22,838 nucleotides of DNA from positions 1 through 22,838 of the forward strand of contig JBKJLC010000107.1 of assembly GCA_046597055.1 (NCBI GenBank). The letters are read 5' to 3'. Position 1 is the first letter of the stretch. Every line of letters begins with the position of its first letter. The notes under the pieces were generated by a model, which worked only from the letters and a program-made list of their open reading frames with translations, did no database searches and had not been told where the DNA came from. Below, piece by piece: positions 18,628 through 22,838 of the stretch. Made by a program: the position numbers and the translations under genes. Origin of the DNA: Kofleriaceae bacterium. GTDB taxonomy: Bacteria; Myxococcota_A; Polyangia; Haliangiales; Haliangiaceae.

Positions 18628-19653
18628 TCACGTGCCGCCGGGCCGCTCCTCGTGGCCGCCGGGCCGGCGTGCGAACCGACCGGCGTCGCGCGGGTGGACC
18701 GGGGCGTCGACCGGCCACGGCCAGCCGCCGAACCGGGTCCGCTGGTAGTCGCTGATCGCGCGCTGGATCTCGGCGCCGGTGTTCATCACGAACGGACCGT
18801 AGGAGGCGACCGGCTCGCCGATCGGCCGCGCCTGCAGCAGCAGCAGCTCGCACGGCTGGTCACCGGCGACCAGGGTCAGCGCGGCGTCGGGGCGGACCCG
18901 CACACCCGACCGTGGCGCGATCGCCTGGCCGGCCAGCTGCAGCCGGTCGCCGGCGAAGAAGTAGACGGTGCGGTTGGTGCCGGCCCTGGCTGCCGGCAGG
19001 GTCCAGGTCGCGCCCGGCTCCATCTTGACCGTCCAGATCGCGAGGTCGGCATCGGGCCGGGCCGCCCACGAGTGGGGCGGGGGCGACGGCGCCCGCACCT
19101 CCCCGAGCGAGCCGGCGACCACGGTGACCTGGGTGGCGCGCCCGGCAGCGTCGCGCGCGGTGACCACCGGGATGCCCTCGCGCCACAGCATCTCGAAGTA
19201 CGGCTCGCACAGCTTGTCGGCGGCCGGCAGGTTCAGCCAGATCTGGAACAGCTCGGCCGGGTTGCCGGCCTGCTGCTCGACCAGCGGAAACATCTCGGCG
19301 TGCACGATGCCCCGGCCGGCGGTGAGCCACTGGACATCGCCGCCGCCGAAGCGCGCGGTCGCGCCCAGCGAGTCCGAGTGATCGATCAGCCCGCTGCGGA
19401 CGATCGTGACCGTCTCGAAGCCGCGGTGCGGGTGGCCGGGAAAGCCCGGCACCGCGTCACCGTGGTACATGCGCCAGCCGTCCTTGCCCTCGAAGTCCTG
19501 GCCGAGGTTGCGGCCCTCGAGGCTGGCGGCCGGGCCCATTTGCTCGTTGCCGGCCGGGTAGGCGTCGTCGTGGTGGACACAGAACAGGAAGGGATCGCTC
19601 GTCGGCCACTGGAACCCGAGGGGCGCAATGCCGAGCACGACATCGTCAGACAT
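18628..19653 (-). CDS. Pirin family protein
   Basis: DPFLFCVHH, GFPGHPHRGFETVT, DHSDSLG, VQWLTAGRGIVHAE, QIWLNLP, YGPFVMNT. Confidence 0.95.
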   Translation of the reverse strand: MSDDVVLGIAPLGFQWPTSDPFLFCVHHDDAYPAGNEQMGPAASLEGRNLGQDFEGKDGWRMYHGDAVPGFPGHPHRGFETVTIVRSGLIDHSDSLGATARFGGGDVQWLTAGRGIVHAEMFPLVEQQAGNPAELFQIWLNLPAADKLCEPYFEMLWREGIPVVTARDAAGRATQVTVVAGSLGEVRAPSPPPHSWAARPDADLAIWTVKMEPGATWTLPAARAGTNRTVYFFAGDRLQLAGQAIAPRSGVRVRPDAALTLVAGDQPCELLLLQARPIGEPVASYGPFVMNTGAEIQRAISDYQRTRFGGWPWPVDAPVHPRDAGRFARRPGGHEERPGGT

Positions 19654-19914
19654 GCGCGTCAGTAGACCGCAGCCAGACCGGGTCGGCGAGATGGCTCCCG
19701 CGAGCAAGATTGTTCCACAGGCCGGGACTTGCGGCGGACGGGCCGCCGACCGGGGGCCGGGCGCGGGGGCTGGGCCGGATCGAGCAGGCCGACAGCTTGC
19801 TGCCGTTCGCGGGCGAGACCGACGAGATGTCGCGCCGCGGCGTCTGTGCTGGCGCACCTGATCGCACTGGCGGGGTGGTGGCGCCTGCTGGCCGCGGCGT
19901 CTATGGTGCCGGCC

Positions 19915-21465
19915 GTGTCGCCACCGCCGTCCGATCGTCTGCCCCGGCAGATCCCGTTCATCATCGCCAACGAGGGCTGCGAGCGCTTCAGCTTCTACGG
20001 GATGAGGAACATCCTCACGATCTTCCTCGTCTCCAGCCTCCTCATGCACCTGCCGGAGGCGGAGCGCGAGGGCGCCGCGAAGGACGTCTTCCACACCTTC
20101 GTCATCGGCGTGTACTTCTTTCCGCTGCTCGGCGGCTGGCTGGCCGACCGCTTCTTCGGCAAGTACCACACGGTCTTCTGGTTCAGCCTCATCTACTGCG
20201 CGGGTCACGCCTGCCTCGCCGTGTTCGAGGACAACCGCAACGGCTTCTACACCGGGCTGTTCCTGATCGCGTTCGGCTCCGGCGGCATCAAGCCGCTGGT
20301 GGTGTCGTTCGTCGGCGACCAGTTCGACCAGCACAACAAGCACCGCGCCAAGCTCGTCTTCGACGCCTTCTACTGGATCATCAACGTCGGCTCGTTCTTC
20401 GCGTCGCTGTTGATGCCCATCTTCCTGCGCGAGTGGGAGGCGAGATGGGCGTTCGGGATCCCGGGCGTGCTGATGGCGATGGCCACCTTCATCTTCTGGC
20501 TGGGCCGGAACCAGTACGTGAACGTGCCGCCGGCGCCGTCCAGCCCCGACTCGTTCTTGCGGGTGGTGCGCACCGCGCTCGAGGGCCGGATGCCGGGGCA
20601 GGGCCGGGCTGGCCTGCACCTGGCGCTGGCCGGCCTCGTGCTGGCGGTGGTGGCGGTGGGCCTCACGCCGTGGCTCGGGATCGTCGCGGCGCTGTGCCTG
20701 GCGCTGGCGCTGCTCCTCGGCCTGGCCGGGGCCGGCACCTGGATGCAGCTCGAGCGCGCGCGGGGTCGTCATCCCGACGAGGCGATCGACGGCGTGGCGG
20801 CGGTCCTCCGGGTGCTGGTCGCGTTCGCGCTGGTGACCCCGTTCTGGTCGCTGTTCGACCAGAAGGCGTCGACCTGGGTGCTGTCGGCCAAGGTGATGAC
20901 CAAGCCGGACTGGTTCGAGGCCTCGCAGATGCAGGCGCTCAACCCGGCCCTGGTGCTGCTCCTCATCCCGTTCAACAACATCGTCCTCTACCCGATGCTG
21001 CGCCGGGCCGGGCTGGAGCTCACCGCGCTGCGCAAGATGGGCCTCGGCATCGCCTTCGCTGGCCTGGCCTGGATCGCGATCGCGATCATCCAGCTCGTCC
21101 TGGACGGCGGCACCGCGCTGCCGATCACGTGGCAGATCCTGCCCTACGCCCTGCTCACCTTCGGTGAGGTGCTGGTGTCGGCGACCGGGCTCGAGTTCGC
21201 CTACAGCCAGGCGCCGCTCGCGATGAAGGGCGTGATCATGAGCTTCTGGTACCTGTCGGTGACCATGGGCAACCTGTGGGTGCTCCTCGCCAACGTCGCG
21301 GTCCGCAACGAGACGGTGCTGTCGCGGATCGAGGCGACCGGCATGAGCGTGACCGCGTTCCTGATGTTCTTCTTCGCCGGGTTCGCGCTGCTCGCCGCGC
21401 TCGCGTTCGGCGCCTACGCCCGCCGCTACAAGATGGTCGACAACTACCGGCGGGCCGAGGCCTGA
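19915..21465 (+). CDS. POT/PTR family proton-coupled oligopeptide transporter
   Basis: EGCERFSFYG motif, GGWLADRFFGK, GSGGIKP, FYWIINVG, GLEFAYSQAP; start GTG 19915 or ATG 19903. Confidence 0.95.
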   Translation: MSPPPSDRLPRQIPFIIANEGCERFSFYGMRNILTIFLVSSLLMHLPEAEREGAAKDVFHTFVIGVYFFPLLGGWLADRFFGKYHTVFWFSLIYCAGHACLAVFEDNRNGFYTGLFLIAFGSGGIKPLVVSFVGDQFDQHNKHRAKLVFDAFYWIINVGSFFASLLMPIFLREWEARWAFGIPGVLMAMATFIFWLGRNQYVNVPPAPSSPDSFLRVVRTALEGRMPGQGRAGLHLALAGLVLAVVAVGLTPWLGIVAALCLALALLLGLAGAGTWMQLERARGRHPDEAIDGVAAVLRVLVAFALVTPFWSLFDQKASTWVLSAKVMTKPDWFEASQMQALNPALVLLLIPFNNIVLYPMLRRAGLELTALRKMGLGIAFAGLAWIAIAIIQLVLDGGTALPITWQILPYALLTFGEVLVSATGLEFAYSQAPLAMKGVIMSFWYLSVTMGNLWVLLANVAVRNETVLSRIEATGMSVTAFLMFFFAGFALLAALAFGAYARRYKMVDNYRRAEA

Positions 21466-21467
21466 CC

Positions 21468-22205
21468 GTGCTCGGCTGGTGGCGACGCCGGCGCCGCCGC
21501 CGGATCCGGGCCCGGCCGGTGCCCGCGGCGTGGCCCGCGATCGTGGCCCGGACCGCGCCGTTCGTCGCCCGCCTCGACGACCCCGCCCGCGCGCGCCTGT
21601 GGGGCGACATCCAGGTGTTCGTCGCCGAGAAGCACTTCCTGGGCGCCGGCGGGCTCGCGATCACCGACGAGATCCGGGTGACGGTCGCCGCGACGGCCGC
21701 GCGCCTGGTGCTGCACCTCGACATCGCGCTGTACGACGACCTCACCGAGATCGTCGTGTACCCCGACGCCTACCGCCATCCCGATCAGGCCGAGCAGGTC
21801 GTGCTCGGCGAGGCCCACGCCTGGGGCACGGTGGTGCTGTCGTGGCGGGCGGTGCAGGACGGCCTGCGCAACCCGCGCGACGGGCTCGACACCGCGGTCC
21901 ACGAGTTCGCCCATGTCCTCGACCGGGTCGACGGCAGCTTCGACGGCGCGCCGCCGCTCCATGCCCGCGCCGACTACCGGCCCTGGGCGACCGCGATGAA
22001 CCGGCACTACCAGAAGCTGCGCCGCGGCGACCGCCGCATCGGCTCGGTGCTGCGCGACTACGGCGCGACCAACGAGGTCGAGTTCTTCGCGGTCGCGACC
22101 GAGGCGTTCTTCGAGCGACCCGACCGGCTGCGCGAGCGCGCGCCCGATCTGTACGAGGAGCTGCGCCGGTTCTACGGCGGCGAGCCACCGCCCCCCGGTC
22201 GGTGA
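21468..22205 (+). CDS. MtfA-family (M90) zinc-dependent peptidase
   Basis: HEFAHVLD zinc motif, LGEAH, VVLSW, YGATNEVEFFAVATEAFFE; GTG start 2 nt after the POT stop. Confidence 0.92.
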   Translation: MLGWWRRRRRRRIRARPVPAAWPAIVARTAPFVARLDDPARARLWGDIQVFVAEKHFLGAGGLAITDEIRVTVAATAARLVLHLDIALYDDLTEIVVYPDAYRHPDQAEQVVLGEAHAWGTVVLSWRAVQDGLRNPRDGLDTAVHEFAHVLDRVDGSFDGAPPLHARADYRPWATAMNRHYQKLRRGDRRIGSVLRDYGATNEVEFFAVATEAFFERPDRLRERAPDLYEELRRFYGGEPPPPGR

Positions 22206-22238
22206 CGACGCGCGAAGCCGACCGGCAGCGCAGCTGCC

Positions 22239-22514
22239 GTGACGGTGAGTCTTCGAACCGTCGACAGGAACGACCAGGCCCGCCGTGCGGCGTCCAGCGT
22301 CACGCACAACCTCGCGGAGGGCAACGCGCACCAACCCGACTCGGCCGAGCGCCGGCGCTACCGGCGCATCGCGCCCGCGTCGGCCACCGAGCTCGAGGCC
22401 GCGCTCGACAACGCGGCCGTCGCGGAGCTGGGCGACCCCGGCGAGCTCGCCGAGGCGCGCACCGCGGCGGGGCGCTCCGCCGCGCTGTGCACGGCGCTGT
22501 GCCGCACGCGGTGA
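22239..22514 (+). pseudogene. Four-helix-bundle protein (23S rRNA-intervening-sequence protein family), N-terminally truncated
   Basis: DQARRAASSVTHNLAEG...RRRYRRIAPASATELEAALD matches family core Q.RRAA.SV..N.AEG...IA.GS..E; first helix missing, no SD. Confidence 0.72.
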
Positions 22515-22659
22515 CCCCGTCCGCGGTCGCGCTCGGGCGCCCGGCGCGCCCGGGCGAAAGGCCTTGAAGACCGGGTGCATGATGATGGAGCTGGCCTGGC
22601 CGGCGGCCTGCGCGATGTGATCCATCGTGAGGTCTGCCCTCTGGATCCCACACATCTTG

Positions 22660-22789
22660 CCGGTGGCCCTGAGCCAGGGCGAGCGCACGCGAGCCCGCCG
22701 TCGAAGGGCAGTCCGTCGAAGATCACGTGCGGCACTTTGGCGCTCTGCCCTTCGACACGGCGCCTGCGGCGCCGGCTCAGGGCCACCGG
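22660..22789. repeat. REP/REPIN-like palindromic element with internal hairpins
   Basis: Perfect 16-bp IR CCGGTGGCCCTGAGCC (22660-75)/(22774-89) and perfect 12-bp IR GTCGAAGGGCAG (22700-11)/(22745-56); each arm carries a different small hairpin between them. Confidence 0.88.
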
Positions 22790-22838
22790 GAAAGGTGAGC
22801 GCTTCCGATCACATGAAGACTTGTGATCAATCCCGAGG

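Noticed and set aside
19703..19718. sigma54-like TGGAACAATCTTGCT upstream of pirin (minus strand)
   Set aside because: GG-GC spacing is 9, not the required 10, unless an indel error is present
18628..20772. 714-aa pirin fusion, and 608-aa ORF 14116-15942 as a SemiSWEET fusion
   Set aside because: N-terminal extensions overlap real genes and are Arg/Pro-rich nonsense; true starts near 19653 and 14424

Overview
Very GC-rich bacterial DNA with a myxobacterial-looking gene repertoire (lineage is inference). About 19 intact CDS: HEAT-repeat lipoprotein, single-domain receiver, small basic/acidic protein, secreted WXXGXW/YXWGXW repeat protein, a 59-aa CPxC zinc-finger-type protein missing from the ORF track, FATP-type acyl-CoA synthetase, CDP-alcohol phosphatidyltransferase, coiled-coil protein, receiver-like/HATPase membrane protein, Ser/Thr kinase-TPR-Cys-rich lipoprotein operon, MEDS hybrid histidine kinase, SemiSWEET, second membrane Ser/Thr kinase, S9 peptidase, pirin, POT transporter and MtfA-family peptidase. 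There are also two decayed genes (CPCC, four-helix-bundle). No RT, transposase, CRISPR or RNA gene is recognisable. The most unusual signals are non-coding or very small: a composite REP/REPIN-like element at 22660-22838 with a partial copy at 4721-4825 and a motif echo near 146; a hidden, frameshifted ~35-aa membrane peptide behind a sigma54-type promoter; sigma54-like and leaderless -10 promoter architectures; and an uncharacterised coiled-coil + pseudo-receiver/GHKL gene pair. No single complete novel system can be proven from sequence alone.
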